Source: Eledone cirrhosa (Eukaryota). Taken from it: 64,000 nucleotides of DNA. The first letter of the stretch is position 1; each line of letters starts with the position of its first letter. The stretch covers positions 48,546,001-48,610,000 of the forward strand of contig OZ024744.1 in assembly GCA_964016885.1 (NCBI GenBank). Reading direction: 5' to 3'. The notes beneath the pieces are model-generated. The model did not search any database, was not told the origin of the DNA, and saw nothing but the letters and a program-made list of their open reading frames with translations. The translations under genes and the position numbers were made by a program. This document shows positions 1-12,199 of this stretch, one piece after another.

Positions 1-306
1 TTTTTGCTTAATGCGGTCCCTGGGGCAAAAAATGAGAAAATCTTTTTTGCTCAAAACACTTTAAACGACATAAGTAATGCAAATTTTGAAGAAATCGCCT
101 GGATTATTGTTCCGTTATGCCTCAAAAGCCTAAAATATGCGGTTTTTCGCCTAATGCGGTCCCTAGGGCATTGAAAATTTGAAATATTCTTTGCTCAAAA
201 CACTCACACGACCAGAAGTATTATGTGTAAAGTTTTAAAAAAATCGGTTGGGCCGTTCTCGAGTTTTATGGGGACAGACAGACAATCTCTGTTTTAGATA
301 TATAGA
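1..306 (-). mobile_element. Non-autonomous Helitron-like element, 5' end (runs off window)
   Basis: Minus strand starts TCTATATATCTAAAACAGAGATTGTCTGTCTGTCCC...AACCGATTTT, resembling the heads at 4253, 14189 and 34204. Internal repeat TAATGCGGTCCC at ~9 and ~153. Confidence 0.55.
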
Positions 307-535
307 TATATGTATAGATATATATTGATATATATTGATATATATTATGGCTAAGTTGTGAGTCTTGTTTAGATATATATATATATTGATTTATATTATG
401 GCTAAGTTGTGAGTCTTGTTTACTCAGGAGTTTCGCCTATGCACTCGCAGAATCATCAGACAAGAATAAATCAATATTTAAACTACTTCTGTGTTGAATA
501 CACATTTCTTTCGTCTGCCAACTACATACGTATGC

Positions 536-633
<98 letters not shown>

Positions 634-644
634 ATACCTATATA

Positions 645-835
645 TCATCATCATCATCATCATCGATTAACGTCTATCTTCCACGTTAGCATGGGTCCTA
701 TTTTGAGGCAAGTTGTGTCAGGTGACTGTGTCTCACTTATATAGGAGTATTTCTAGCTGGTTTTCTACGGCTAGATGCCCTTCCTAATGCCAACCACATT
801 GACACTGTGGGCTGGGTGCTTTTTGCCGCGACTTT
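645..835 (-). mobile_element. SINE family B, with (GAT)n tail and GGAAGGGCATCCAGCCGTAGAAA core
   Basis: CATCATCATC-GATTAACGTC...TTTCTACGGCTAGATGCCCTTCCTAATGCCAACCAC. Copies at ~5414-5640, 5877-6120, 8340-8570(+), 9960-10190, 10890-11215, 19600-19713(+), 45400-45700 and 53570-53705. Confidence 0.75.
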
Positions 836-905
836 TTACACTTCCACTTAACAGTGTGTGCTGGGGTGAGGCATACTATATGCTTAAACTTTAATCTGTT
901 ATTTT

Positions 906-910
<5 letters not shown>

Positions 911-965
<55 letters not shown>

Positions 966-1373
966 TATATATATATATATATATACTATATATATATGCA
1001 TATATATATATATACTATATATATATGCATATATATATATATATATATATACATATATATATACATATATATATATACTATATATATATGCATATATATA
1101 TATACATATATATACTATATATATATGCATATATATATATACATATATATATACATATACATATATATATACATATATACTATATATATATGCATATATA
1201 ATATATATACATATATATATATATACATATATATATACTATATATATATGTGCATATATATGTGTATACATTTAAATATATACTATATATATATGCATAT
1301 ATATATATACATATATATATATATACATATATATACACATATATATATATATATATACTATATATATATATGC

Positions 1374-1404
<31 letters not shown>

Positions 1405-1747
1405 CTATATATATATGCATATATATATATATATACATATATATATACTATATATATATATGCATATATATATATACATATATATATATATACTATATAT
1501 ATATATGCATATATATATATATACATATATATATGCATATATATATATATACTATATATATATATGCATATATATATACATATATATATATACTATATAT
1601 ATATATGCATATATATATACATATATATATGCATATATATATACATATATATATATACTATATATATATGCATATATATTTATATACATATATATATATA
1701 TACTATATATATATGCATATATATTTATATACATATGCATATATATT

Positions 1748-1791
<44 letters not shown>

Positions 1792-1792
1792 C

Positions 1793-1866
<74 letters not shown>

Positions 1867-1933
1867 TATATATATATGCATATATATATATATACTATAT
1901 ATATATATGCATATATATATATATATATATATA

Positions 1934-2011
<78 letters not shown>

Positions 2012-2216
2012 TATATATATATGCATATATATATATATATATATATATACTATATATATATTATATATATATATGTGTATATATATATACTATATATATA
2101 TGTATATATATATACTATATATATATGTATATATATATATATGTGTATATATATATACTATATATATATGTATATATATATAACATATATATATATATAT
2201 ATACTATATATATATG

Positions 2217-2280
<64 letters not shown>

Positions 2281-2330
2281 TATATATATATATGCATATA
2301 TATATATATATAATATATATAATAAAAAAA
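911..2330. repeat. Compound (TA)n microsatellite with TAC/TGC/TACTA interruptions
   Basis: Read directly; source of the spurious Y/I-rich ORFs. Confidence 0.95.
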
Positions 2331-2384
2331 AATTATCGCTCTACATGGTTGAATACAATAAATGTAATCTGAGTTCTTCGAATA

Positions 2385-2580
2385 TTAATAATTGTTTCTA
2401 CTTTGGGTACAAGACCAGCAATTATCCAGTACATTACTGGTACTTTATTTTATCGACCCCGTAAGGATGAATGGCAAAGTTAATCTGGGCGGGATTTGAA
2501 CTCAGACCATAAAGGGGCGTAATTCTTTACTGCAAAGCATGGCGTCCGATCCTATACTGATGCAACCAATCCACCACCAT
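2385..2580 (-). mobile_element. tRNA-derived SINE family A
   Basis: Reverse complement is close to the family motif GAGTTCAAATCCCGCCGAGGTTAACTTTGCCTTTCATCCTTACGGGGTCGATAAAATAAAGTACCAG (B-box-like GTTCAAATCC). Seven copies in the window. Confidence 0.8.
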
Positions 2581-2765
2581 TGCTCTTGTGTTGGCATGTA
2601 AACAGAACTGCAGACACTAGTGCCAACAAAAGAGCAAGAATGGGGGCCTCATTCTACTGATATAGCTTTAAAAAAGAGGCTGTTTGCATAATTGCAAACG
2701 AATCGAATATTATTATTAATATTCGAAAAACTCAGATTGCATTTATATATATATATATATATATT

Positions 2766-2940
2766 TTAGGGCGGGTAAAATTCCCGAGATACATGGACGA
2801 GTTCTCTCCATCGGTCTCTGTCCCTCATTATCGCTGCCATGTCCTGCGTCTCCAACAGACCAGTGTCTGTCCTTAGGGCATCAACATACGTTAACCTTGG
2901 TCTTCCTCTTCTAGTGTGTCCATGTAGGGGCTCCCCCAGG
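2766..2940 (-). mobile_element. 5'-truncated LINE 3' end (RTE-like ORF C-terminus)
   Basis: EPLHGHTRRGRPRLTYVDALRTDTG...MAAIMRDRDRWRELV matches the RxxGRP...W tail of RTE-group LINEs. Confidence 0.7.
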
Positions 2941-3040
2941 ATATAGTAATAATAATAAATGTGAAGACTAAAATCCAAAGAGGGCTCGATAAGGATGAAT
3001 ATATATCAAATATATAACGACCCTAGAGCAAATATTTATT

Positions 3041-3133
3041 AAAATAACAGTTTAAGCAAAGAATCACTGCTTTGACCCTTAACGTTAAGGGTAAAAGCAG
3101 CGACTCTTTGCTTAAACTTTAATCTGTTATTTT
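3041..3133. repeat. Fold-back palindrome centred on CCCTTAACGTTAAGGG
   Basis: AAAATAACAG-TTTAAGCAAAGAATCACTGCTTT / AAAGCAGCGACTCTTTGCTTAAA...CTGTTATTTT. The arm recurs at ~882-906 and 34722-34775. Confidence 0.85.
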
Positions 3134-3134
3134 A

Positions 3135-3173
<39 letters not shown>

Positions 3174-3255
3174 AAAGGTATATATTGAGTTAGAAACTCA
3201 AAATAGTCTCTTACAAGTAAATAGCTCAAAGAAAGAGGTTTTTTCTGAGCCGTGT

Positions 3256-3423
3256 AATATAATTGAATATAAAAGAGAGATAAACACATATATAAACATA
3301 CTTGTGTTCAAATCGTAAGGACCATGTTCGCTAGGGTGAAAATAATACTAACTATTAAAACCTGGTCCCTTACGATTTGAACACATGTATGTTTATATCT
3401 ATGTTTATCTCTCTTTTATATTC

Positions 3424-3430
<7 letters not shown>
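3256..3430. repeat. Inverted repeat, ~70-bp arms with ~35-bp spacer
   Basis: TGAATATAAAAGAGAGATAAACA...TGTGTTCAAATCGTAAGGACCA / TGGTCCCTTACGATTTGAACACA...TGTTTATCTCTCTTTTATATTCA. Confidence 0.85.
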
Positions 3431-3513
<83 letters not shown>

Positions 3514-3611
3514 TAAACTAGAGATAAACTGCACTGAATGTAAGATTACATAATTCGTTGAAAAGGTAAAGGAAAGAAGAGTGCTCTATGTATAGTACAG
3601 AGCTATTTCAA

Positions 3612-3745
3612 TACATAATAAACAACACGAATACATAATAAACTAGACGATCTTAACAGAAGCATCCTGGACGCTTCTGTTAAGATCGTCTAGTTTCCTG
3701 AAACCTTTGGTAATGGAATAATTATATTGTGTTGTTTATTATGTA
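3612..3745. repeat. Nested inverted repeat
   Basis: Inner AAACTAGACGATCTTAACAGAAGC / GCTTCTGTTAAGATCGTCTAGTTT; outer TACATAATAAACAACAC / GTGTTGTTTATTATGTA. Confidence 0.85.
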
Positions 3746-3799
3746 ATTAAATTATATATATATGACCCACTCCTATATACATATGTACACATACATTTA

Positions 3800-4110
3800 G
3801 TAATATAATTAGCTATCTCATTATTGGGTTGGTGTTTAGAACATAACTTAACAAAATGGCTGACATAAAACTATGATGGAATGTTTTTAAATAAATAAAA
3901 ACACTAACTTCTTTCTTACCATGTTGCTAATGAAAGACATTGTCAATGACTTTCAAATAACTGAAAATAATTGAGAATTTGGAATGAATTATCAGTAATA
4001 AAACAAACTTTCTCATTATCAAGTTGGTGTTTGGAATATAACTTAACCAAGGTTGTTACATTAATTTATAGTGGTCAGTGTAATAATGAAAAAGTTTGTT
4101 GTACTACGAA
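3800..4110. repeat. Dispersed AT-rich repeat (TTGGAACATAACTTAACAAA-like family)
   Basis: Related segments at ~20000-20110, 28950-29470 and 29860-30160, in both orientations. Confidence 0.55.
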
Positions 4111-4214
4111 ATGTATTTAGATAGGAAGGGTATATAAGCCTGTATATACACGAAAAAAGTTACTTATATATCAAATATTACTAAATCCCTCTAATGTCTT
4201 GCAGCGCCCTTATT

Positions 4215-4252
<38 letters not shown>

Positions 4253-4261
<9 letters not shown>

Positions 4262-4735
4262 GGCAATTTCTGTCTGTTTGTTTGTGAACCTAAAACTCAA
4301 AAATTACCAAACCGATCTTCATGAAACTTGACACGTGTGTGGGGCCCATTTGATTTCTTACGTATATTTCATTTTAATGAAAGGGTTCCCTGGGGGCTCA
4401 AAACCCCGCTTAATTTTTTCCCTTCGATTTAAATGAAATTTAAACCATAGGTAAATGACAAGATATAATGCCTATTCACAAAATTTCAGCAAATTTCAAT
4501 AATATCAAGACACCCTAATGGAGGTTCTATTTTTTTTCCTTATAGCAACACTCAACTTCGTCTGACCAATGCAATCAACAATATTTGTTTCTATTATTGT
4601 TTCGTAAATGAATTTGTCTTCGTTTTTGATTATCTGTCCTATATTTTGATTTCATTTTGGGTCTGAGAGGCATTGGGCATTTTAATGGGAACTGGGAATA
4701 CCCCCGCTCCCGGGTATTACCGGGTACTTCAGCTA

Positions 4736-4736
<1 letters not shown>
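4253..4736 (+). mobile_element. Non-autonomous Helitron
   Basis: Head ATATAAATGGCAATTTCTGTCTGTTTG...ACCGATCTTCATGAAACTT; 3' hairpin CCCGGGTATTACCGGG, then CTAG|T. Confidence 0.7.
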
Positions 4737-4808
<72 letters not shown>

Positions 4809-4840
4809 TATTAATAAAATAGATGTTCTTTTGATCAATT

Positions 4841-4897
4841 ACATTTTATTATACATATTTCGGATGTACAACAGTACGTCCTCATCAGACAAAATAT
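4841..4897 (-). ncRNA. Type I hammerhead ribozyme, intact core
   Basis: ATATTTTGT-CTGATGA-GGACGTAC(TGTT)GTACATCC-GAAA-TATGTATA^ATAAAATGT: 9-bp stem I, stem II and a short near-palindromic stem III. Confidence 0.85.
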
Positions 4898-5337
4898 AAT
4901 GACACATGACATACCCTGAGATGTTAAATGGTTAAGATTTAATTAAGGTAGTGATTACCCGATAGAAAATTTTACTTATATAATATCTTTGTGAGAGTGT
5001 GAAAACGTAATGAATTCATTAGAGAATGTAAGAAAAAACGTTGCATACTTAAAGTGTTCTAAAATTTTAAATTGTATGATACTATATCAAGGGAGACGTC
5101 TCATGATTTATAACAGCCAGTGATAGCCACTGGAAAAAGATTTATAAGGAAGGAAAGTTAAACGGTTAGAATTTGGAAATATTTAATTTATAATATTAAT
5201 GTGAAGAATATTTTATTAATACTTATATTAATAACTCCTGAAATTTATTTTATTTTCTAGTTGAGTGCTTCCAATCTACTGTACAAATCATTCTTTGACA
5301 TAATCATCGAATATTGTTTAACAACTTAATACTTATA

Positions 5338-5402
<65 letters not shown>

Positions 5403-6150
5403 GTATATATATATCATCATCATCTTCGATTAACGTCTATCATCCACGTTATCAGGTTTGTCCCATTTAGAGGCAAGTTGTGTCGGGTGACCATGTCTCG
5501 CTCATATAGGAATGTTTCTGGATGGTTTCCTACGGCTAGATGCCCTTCCTAACACCAACCATATTGACACTGTGTGTTGGGTCCTTTTTGCTGTGCCTTT
5601 TACACGACCTCTTTACAGTGTGGGCTGGATGTTTTGTGGTACCAGCATAATATACACATATATAAATGTACATGCATATACCAGGATAATGATACACACA
5701 CACATATATATATATATTTGCGTGAATATGCATAAACATATATATATATAATATACACCGTCTAACCCATGTTAGCCTGGAAGATGGACGTTAAACGATG
5801 ATTATCATCATCATGATACATACACATATCATAGATATACATACGCACTTCATATATATACATAAATATTTATATATCATCAACCTCGTCGTTAAGAGTC
5901 CATCATTCATGGGTAGGACGGATTGGGCCTTAGAGAAAAAACAGGTCAGAGGACCATGTTTAGCTTACCTGGGGCAGATTTTGGCTTGGTTTCTACAGCT
6001 GGGTGCCCTTCCTACCACCAACTACATTACAGTGTGGACCGGGCACTTTTTGTCGTGACACCTACACGACCACATTACAGTGTGGACTGGGCACCTTTGT
6101 CATGTCACAGATACAACCACTTTATATATATATGTATATATATATATATA

Positions 6151-6345
6151 TAACGAAGGAATTGTGGTAAGGAACCAGATGGACCACAACGCACCCAAGT
6201 ACTCAATACTTATGGTAGTAGAGTGAGTAATAGGAAAAGATATGACCCCGACGGCAGAGCTCAAGCCGTTTCGACGGCTATTTCTTGACTGAAATAGCCG
6301 TCGAAACGGCTTGAGCCCTGCCGTCGGGGTCATACTTTTTCATAT
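6151..6345. mobile_element. PLE pLTR-like module with fold-back palindrome (6230-6345)
   Basis: ATGACCCCGACGGCAGAGCTCAAGCCGTTTCGACGGCTATTTC(TTGACT)GAAATAGCCGTCGAAACGGCTTGAGCCCTGCCGTCGGGGTCAT between TA tracts. Twin at 37598-37793, fragment at 63211-63287. Confidence 0.75.
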
Positions 6346-6357
6346 ATATATATATAT

Positions 6358-6458
6358 ATAATATGTAGAAAAGATAACACACGAGAGAGAGAGTGTGTGT
6401 TTATAAACACACACACACTTTCTCTCTCTCTCCTGTGTTATCTTTTCTACATATTATA
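6358..6458. repeat. Palindrome containing GA/CA microsatellites
   Basis: ATAATATGTAGAAAAGATAACAC...GTGTTTATAAACAC...GTGTTATCTTTTCTACATATTAT. Confidence 0.8.
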
Positions 6459-6638
6459 TTTGAAGAGCCCAGGATTCCTTTGAGCATATAATTTACATGG
6501 ACTAAAGCGAGTCTATGACTCCGTTAATTTATTTTGATATATATATATACACACATATTTATATATACACACACATATATATGTATATACTATAGGTGAT
6601 TCACGTGTGTGTGTGCGTGTGTGCGTGTGCGTGTGCGT

Positions 6639-6680
<42 letters not shown>

Positions 6681-6779
6681 AGTGCTGCCACAGCACTCCA
6701 CGAAGAAATGGCGACCATAAACCACAAAGAATTCCCCTGGCTTATTTATTTGCATGTGCCTCATTAGGGGGTGTGAACA

Positions 6780-7910
6780 CACTTTTGTACTGTTCCTTCA
6801 GTATTCCACTTAGCCCTTGAGGATCCTCGACCAATAAGTCATTCTCGAGGTAATCTCTTTTGCAAATGTAAAAAAGGCCTTAAGGTTTGTTTTAATATTT
6901 TATATGGCCCTGGCTTCTCTCTCTGCTCTCTCTCCTTTTCACAGAAAAGTTTGAGTGCAGTTTTAATTTCAAGCAGTGCCTGTTTCAGATAGGGTTCCTT
7001 CTTGTTTTTTTGTTGTTGTGTATTTAACAGGTTTGAGATTTTTGTTTTTCATCTCCTAAGGATTTCTCTGTCTTTGGGAATAAAATGTGTGTCTCTCTCA
7101 GCCTTATTTTCCAGGACAAACTTATGACATATGGTTTATATTGTTGTCATGAAATGTTGAAATTGTGTGTCGGTGTCTTCTGTGGTGATGTTGTCACTCC
7201 AGTTTTCCTCCTGGATCCTTTTCCAGTTAGCCTTGTGAAAGTTTAGGCTGGATAAATTCCCGGTGCTTCTTGTGTCTCTACCAACTCCCTCAGACCATAT
7301 ATCATTAGTTCTACTATGATCTGAGAAAAATCGTTGGTGTCACCTTTACATTGTGGATGAGCACTGCGTTATTTGTAAAGCAGAGATCCAGGACATTCTC
7401 ACCTCTTGTTGGTAGGAGTACTATTTGTTCCATGAACAGCCTGTTTGTTAGGTCCAGCAGGGACTCTGTCTATCTCTGTTCAAGTGCTTTCGTTCATGGG
7501 AGGAGGTGGTCCTTCAGGCCATTTGACCTTTGGTAGGTTAAAGTCTCAGATGTCCAGTTTGCCAAGGACATCTTCTATCTTTCTGCTTCATGTCTAGGGG
7601 CGTCAGGTGACCGATAAGTGACACATATTACCATTTTTAGTTGCTTTACATGAACTATCAGTGTGTCACACACTGAGTTGGAATGTGTCAACGGTACAAT
7701 TGGTGTGACATCTTCACGGATGTGCAGAACAACTCCACCATGAATTCTCTCCTTCCTGAACGAAATACAGTATACTTTGGTATATATATTTACGCATCTG
7801 CTATACTGCTTCCCAGGTGCGCTTCAGTTAGTGCCCTGCATGATTGCTTATGGCTAAGTCTCTTAGGTAGCGAATTTTACTCACGTTGGTGAGTTTCACC
7901 AGGCCTCTTA
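6780..7910 (-). pseudogene. LINE ORF2 apurinic endonuclease relic (CR1/L2-like)
   Basis: Frameshifted motifs GETH, HGGVVLHI, VTYRSPDAP, DFNLP, MEQIVLLPTRGENVLDLCFTNN and FSDH. Confidence 0.85.
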
Positions 7911-8571
7911 CATTTAGTAGTAGCCCTGATGTGACATTTGGGGTGTCAGCAGTGGTTGCCGATATGACACCTGGGTTGGTGTCAGTGGCAGCCACCTTGG
8001 ATCCCTTGATTGTGGTAGTTTTGACTTTGGCTCTGAAAACAATGTAACCAGGTCAGATGACCCACAATCCTCTCCACCATTTCCCAAAAAGACTTTTGCT
8101 CTGCTGTCACAGTTTGTATTATGCCTGTATATGCATATTGTCTCCTCTTTGTTGGGGCGGCATGCGCAAAATCTGCATACCTCTGAGGCAATGACACTGG
8201 ACTGAGATCTCTGGCGTTACACAATAATACAGAAGACCCAATTCCAACAGGCACAGGCCGAAGCTGAAGCATATATACACTATGCACCCACCCATACATC
8301 TTCTATGAGGAGACGCTGAATTATACATCCAGTGAAGCCTCCAGCCCACACTGTAAAGTGGTCGTGTAGGTGTCATGATAAAAAGCATCCAGTACGCACT
8401 GTAAATGAGGTTGGTGTTAGGAATGGCATCCAGCTATAGAAACCAAACCAGAGTTAGTCCTGTATGAGCAAGACATGGTCACCTGACTTGACATTGCCCA
8501 CAACAGGACAACTTATCTAATCCATGCCAGCATACAAGAATGGACGTAAAAGGGTGATGATGATGATGATG

Positions 8572-8610
<39 letters not shown>

Positions 8611-8723
8611 ATTGGTGTGGGATGCTTAAAGCGTCCGTAAGCGGTAGGCCGTTTGTGCACTCGATGCTTATAATATCACATAAGAAACGGAGAATCAGTG
8701 GTGCGACGAATTAAAATTTATTA

Positions 8724-8819
8724 GACATATTTACAATCGTTTCTCAGGCGACCAGCTCAAGGCACGATCGATGCAATGATCGAACCTGACTCTGAAATCG
8801 CAAGATCCTCAGATACGTC
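8724..8819 (-). ncRNA. Type I hammerhead ribozyme with extended stem II
   Basis: GACGTAT-CTGAGGA-[~62 nt: TCTTGCGA...TCGCCTGA]-GAAAC-GATT-GTA^AATATGTC. Homologous to the arms of 44980-45297. Confidence 0.65.
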
Positions 8820-8949
8820 TCGATTCTTCGATGCAGAGTTTCCAGGTCTGAACACATTCGATTTTTTCTACAGAGAAAGAATCGACCCCAGTACTGTAAA
8901 GCATTCTATCCAAAGTCTTAATAACTCTGCCAATTCGTCACCTTTTATT

Positions 8950-8995
<46 letters not shown>

Positions 8996-9019
8996 TATAT
9001 ATGTATATATATATATATG

Positions 9020-9051
<32 letters not shown>

Positions 9052-9262
9052 CGTGTGTGTGCGCGTGTTTGTGAGTGTATATACAGATATACTTATAAAT
9101 ACATAAATATATATGTATATATATATATACACACATGTATATATATGTATATATATATATGTATATATATTGTAGTGCACCTGAGCACTGTACACAATAT
9201 ATATACACACACACACATATATATATATATATATTTACACACATATATATACATATATATAC

Positions 9263-9319
<57 letters not shown>

Positions 9320-9333
9320 TATACATATACATG

Positions 9334-9390
<57 letters not shown>

Positions 9391-9439
9391 GTATATATAA
9401 TGTATATTATCATCATAATCATCATCGTTTAATATATAT

Positions 9440-9900
9440 ATATACAGATTACAGAAATGACAAACAAAAATGAACTCCAACCAAAATTAATCAGAAAACA
9501 TGAGTGGAATAGAAACAACATCACAACTAGTAATTAAGGACAAAATGAAGACATACAGACACACGCAAAAACTAAACTAATGAAATAAACCTACGCACAC
9601 AGATAGAACACGCAACCAACTAGTGACAAATAAATACACATTTAAATAAATAAATAAAAAGACACACACATCCGGATGTAACGCAGGCACATACCAAATA
9701 CACAGCATACAAAAAGAAGATGGTGTAGGACAGAGCAAAGGAGAGACACAAAATAACAAATCAGTCACTGGGGAGGTCACAGAATGTGTGATGAAAGAGT
9801 TTTGACAATAAATAAACAACCATCCAGTTATTGAACCATCAAACCAACCAACCAACCAGAAATTGCAATAAATTGAACTGAAAACCAACAGGTTCCTGTG
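9440..9900 (+). mobile_element. A-rich PLE-type 3' region with decayed HHR (9764-9806)
   Basis: Homologous to 15400-15840(-). GTCA-CTGGGGA-GGTCACAGAATGTGTGAT-GAAA-GAGTTT-TGAC. Confidence 0.55.
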
Positions 9901-10194
9901 TTTTTATTGGCAGCATGACCCCTACCCCACAAAGTATAATGATATACATATATACCCACACATCATCATCATCGTTTAACATCTATCTTCTACGCTAGCA
10001 AGGTTTAGTCGGGAATTGTCCCACATGAGGCAACATTGGTCGGGTGACCGTGTCTCCCTCGTATAGGTCAGTCTGGCAGGTTTTCTACGGCTGGATGCCC
10101 TTCCTAACACCAACCACGTTTACAGTGTGGACTGGGAGGTTTTTACCATGTTACCTACACGGCCACATTACAGCATGGACTGTGTGTTTTATAT

Positions 10195-10890
10195 ATATAT
10201 AAATGTATATATAGTGTATTTTGCAATACATTGTATGCTTAATTAAAAGCATTTTGAAGATATTACGCTATTGTTTTAAAGTAGTGACTATGTCACTTAC
10301 TTCTTTTTTCAACAAACAAAGGGAGATAAGCTGACAGATCTCTGTTTCATGCTGTTGGTATTCCTCAGAGCTTATCACTACCCTTGTTTGGTGAAAATTA
10401 TGAATGTTGGATTCTTATAGAATTCCAGCAATAATTAGGAACTGATTATACAGAGCGGTTGCCGGTCCAGCAAAAATTGAAAATTAGAATTGGTGCTCTG
10501 AAATAGCGATATATATATGAATGTATATATAGTGTATTTTGCAATACACTGTATGCTTAATTAAACTCATTTTGAAGACCTTACACTATTGTTTTAAAGT
10601 AGTGACTATGTCACTTACTTCTATTTTCAGCAAACAAGGGGAGATAAGCTGACAGAGCTCTGTTTCGTACTGTTGGTACTTATAAGCATACAGTCTATTG
10701 CAAAATACACTATATATACATTCATATATATATCGCTATTTCAGAGCACCAATTCTAATTTTCAATTTTTGCTGGACCGGCAACCGCTCTGTATAATCAG
10801 TTCCTGATTATCACTGGAATTCTATAAGAATCCAACATTCATAATTTTCTGCTAGGTTTTGATAAGTACCAACAGTACGAAACAGAGCTG
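10195..10890 (-). mobile_element. Retrozyme-like or tandem pLTR array: ~318-bp unit x1.5 plus inverted copy
   Basis: AATGTATATATAGTGTATTTTGCAATAC at 10202 and 10520. 10683-10850 is the reverse complement of ~10392-10559. The unit contains an HHR. Confidence 0.75.
10325..10376 (-). ncRNA. Type I hammerhead ribozyme, canonical GUC site
   Basis: GATAAGCT-CTGAGGA-ATAC(CAACA)GCAT-GAAA-CAGAGATCTGTC^AGCTTATC: perfect 8-bp stem I. The second unit has palindromic ACAGAGCTCTGT and a GTAC/GTAC stem II. Confidence 0.85.
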
Positions 10891-11224
10891 GGTTAGACAA
10901 GTAATCCTGTTGTGAGCAATGCTAGGCCTTGTGACCATGTCTTGCTCATACAGAACTGATTTTGGCTTGGTTTATACAGCTGGATGCCCTTCCTAACGCC
11001 AACCACATTTACAATGTGTACTGGGTGCTTTTTGTTGTGACGCCTACACAACCACTTTACAGTGTGGATTGGGTGGTTTTGTGTCGTGACACCTAAACGA
11101 CCTCTGTACAGTGTGGACTGGACAACTTTTTGTTGTGACACCTACTCGACCACTAAACATATGGACTGGACACTTTTTCGCTGTGTCGCCATCACAACCA
11201 CTTTACAGTGTGGGCTGAGGCTTT

Positions 11225-11660
11225 GCTGGATATATACATTATCTTCATGATGTGGAAAATACTCCATCAACATTGCCCAAATGATGTTAGCATCGCCTTT
11301 AAGGTACACCCAAGGCTTAGGCCCCGTGCTAAAATCTCGCATCTCGCCCACGTCAAAAATCTCGCATCTCATAACAACAATACAGCACAATTATTTCACC
11401 TCAATTGGCCTTGCTCTCTTTAATATTGCACCAAAACATTAAAACAGAAACAGACCCCATAAAGTTCAAGAAGTCTTTGGACAAATTCCTAAAAGAAATA
11501 CCAGATAAACCTCCTACACCTGGATATGCCTCCGTAAACAATAACTCTCTACCTGAGTGGGCCATGGTGTCCAAATCCTGATTTGAAAGATTTCAGCAGG
11601 TGGGTCTATTAAATTAGACATGGCCTGGGCCAATACCGGCCGAAAGTTATCAAAGTTATA
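11225..11660 (+). mobile_element. LINE 3' end (CR1/L2-like ORF2 C-terminus and 3'UTR)
   Basis: YIIFMMWKILHQHCPNDV...FKKSLDKFLKEIPDKPPTPGYASVNNNSLPEW; tail AAAGTTATCAAAGTTAT. Same family as 36490-37410. Confidence 0.75.
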
Positions 11661-11704
11661 CATATATATATATATATATGTATTCACGTGTGAATAAAAA
11701 TAAT

Positions 11705-12190
11705 ACTATAATAATATTATTAATATTCGATTTGTTTGCAAGCAAACAACCCCACTACACCTTGTGCTCCAGATGACCAACGTCATCCTTTTGTTCTAAC
11801 GGTAGCAGAGAGAAAACAATCTACAATTGTTTCGGATTGTGTAATTCTCTCTTGTCTGCTACACCCTAGAAATCTTGAGAATATATAGTATTCTCTAAAG
11901 TATACATCAGCTAATTAGCCTAATTTACATACTGAGCGATTTTATAGCTGGCTTTGCTGAAAATTAAAAACAAAATTTGTTTTCACTCTAACATGGCAGA
12001 TACGTAAATGCATTCGTGAGCGAATAACAATAATATAATAATATTATCAATATTAGATCTGTTTGCAAGCAAACAGCACCACTACACATTGTGCTCCAGA
12101 TGGCCATCATCCTTTTGTTCCAGCAGTCGCAGTAAGAAAAACAATCTGCAATTGTTTCGGGTTTATTGTTCCTTGTCAAGATTGTGCATC
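11705..12190 (-). repeat. Direct pair of ~140-bp modules with decayed HHR (12141-12185)
   Basis: 11705-11845 resembles 12035-12190. Minus strand ACAATC-TTGACAA-GG...CCC-GAAAC-AATT-GCA-GATTGT; the first copy keeps GAAACAATTGTA^GATTGT. Confidence 0.6.
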
Positions 12191-12199
12191 TCCTTTTCT

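Noticed and set aside
7910-8330. Cys/His-rich minus-strand region upstream of the endonuclease relic, possibly LINE ORF1
   Set aside because: Too degenerate to assign without a profile search.
10442-10515. Possible opposite-polarity second HHR in the 318-bp unit (CTGATTA...CAGAGC/GCTCT-GAAA)
   Set aside because: Core lacks G8 in both copies and no stem I forms.
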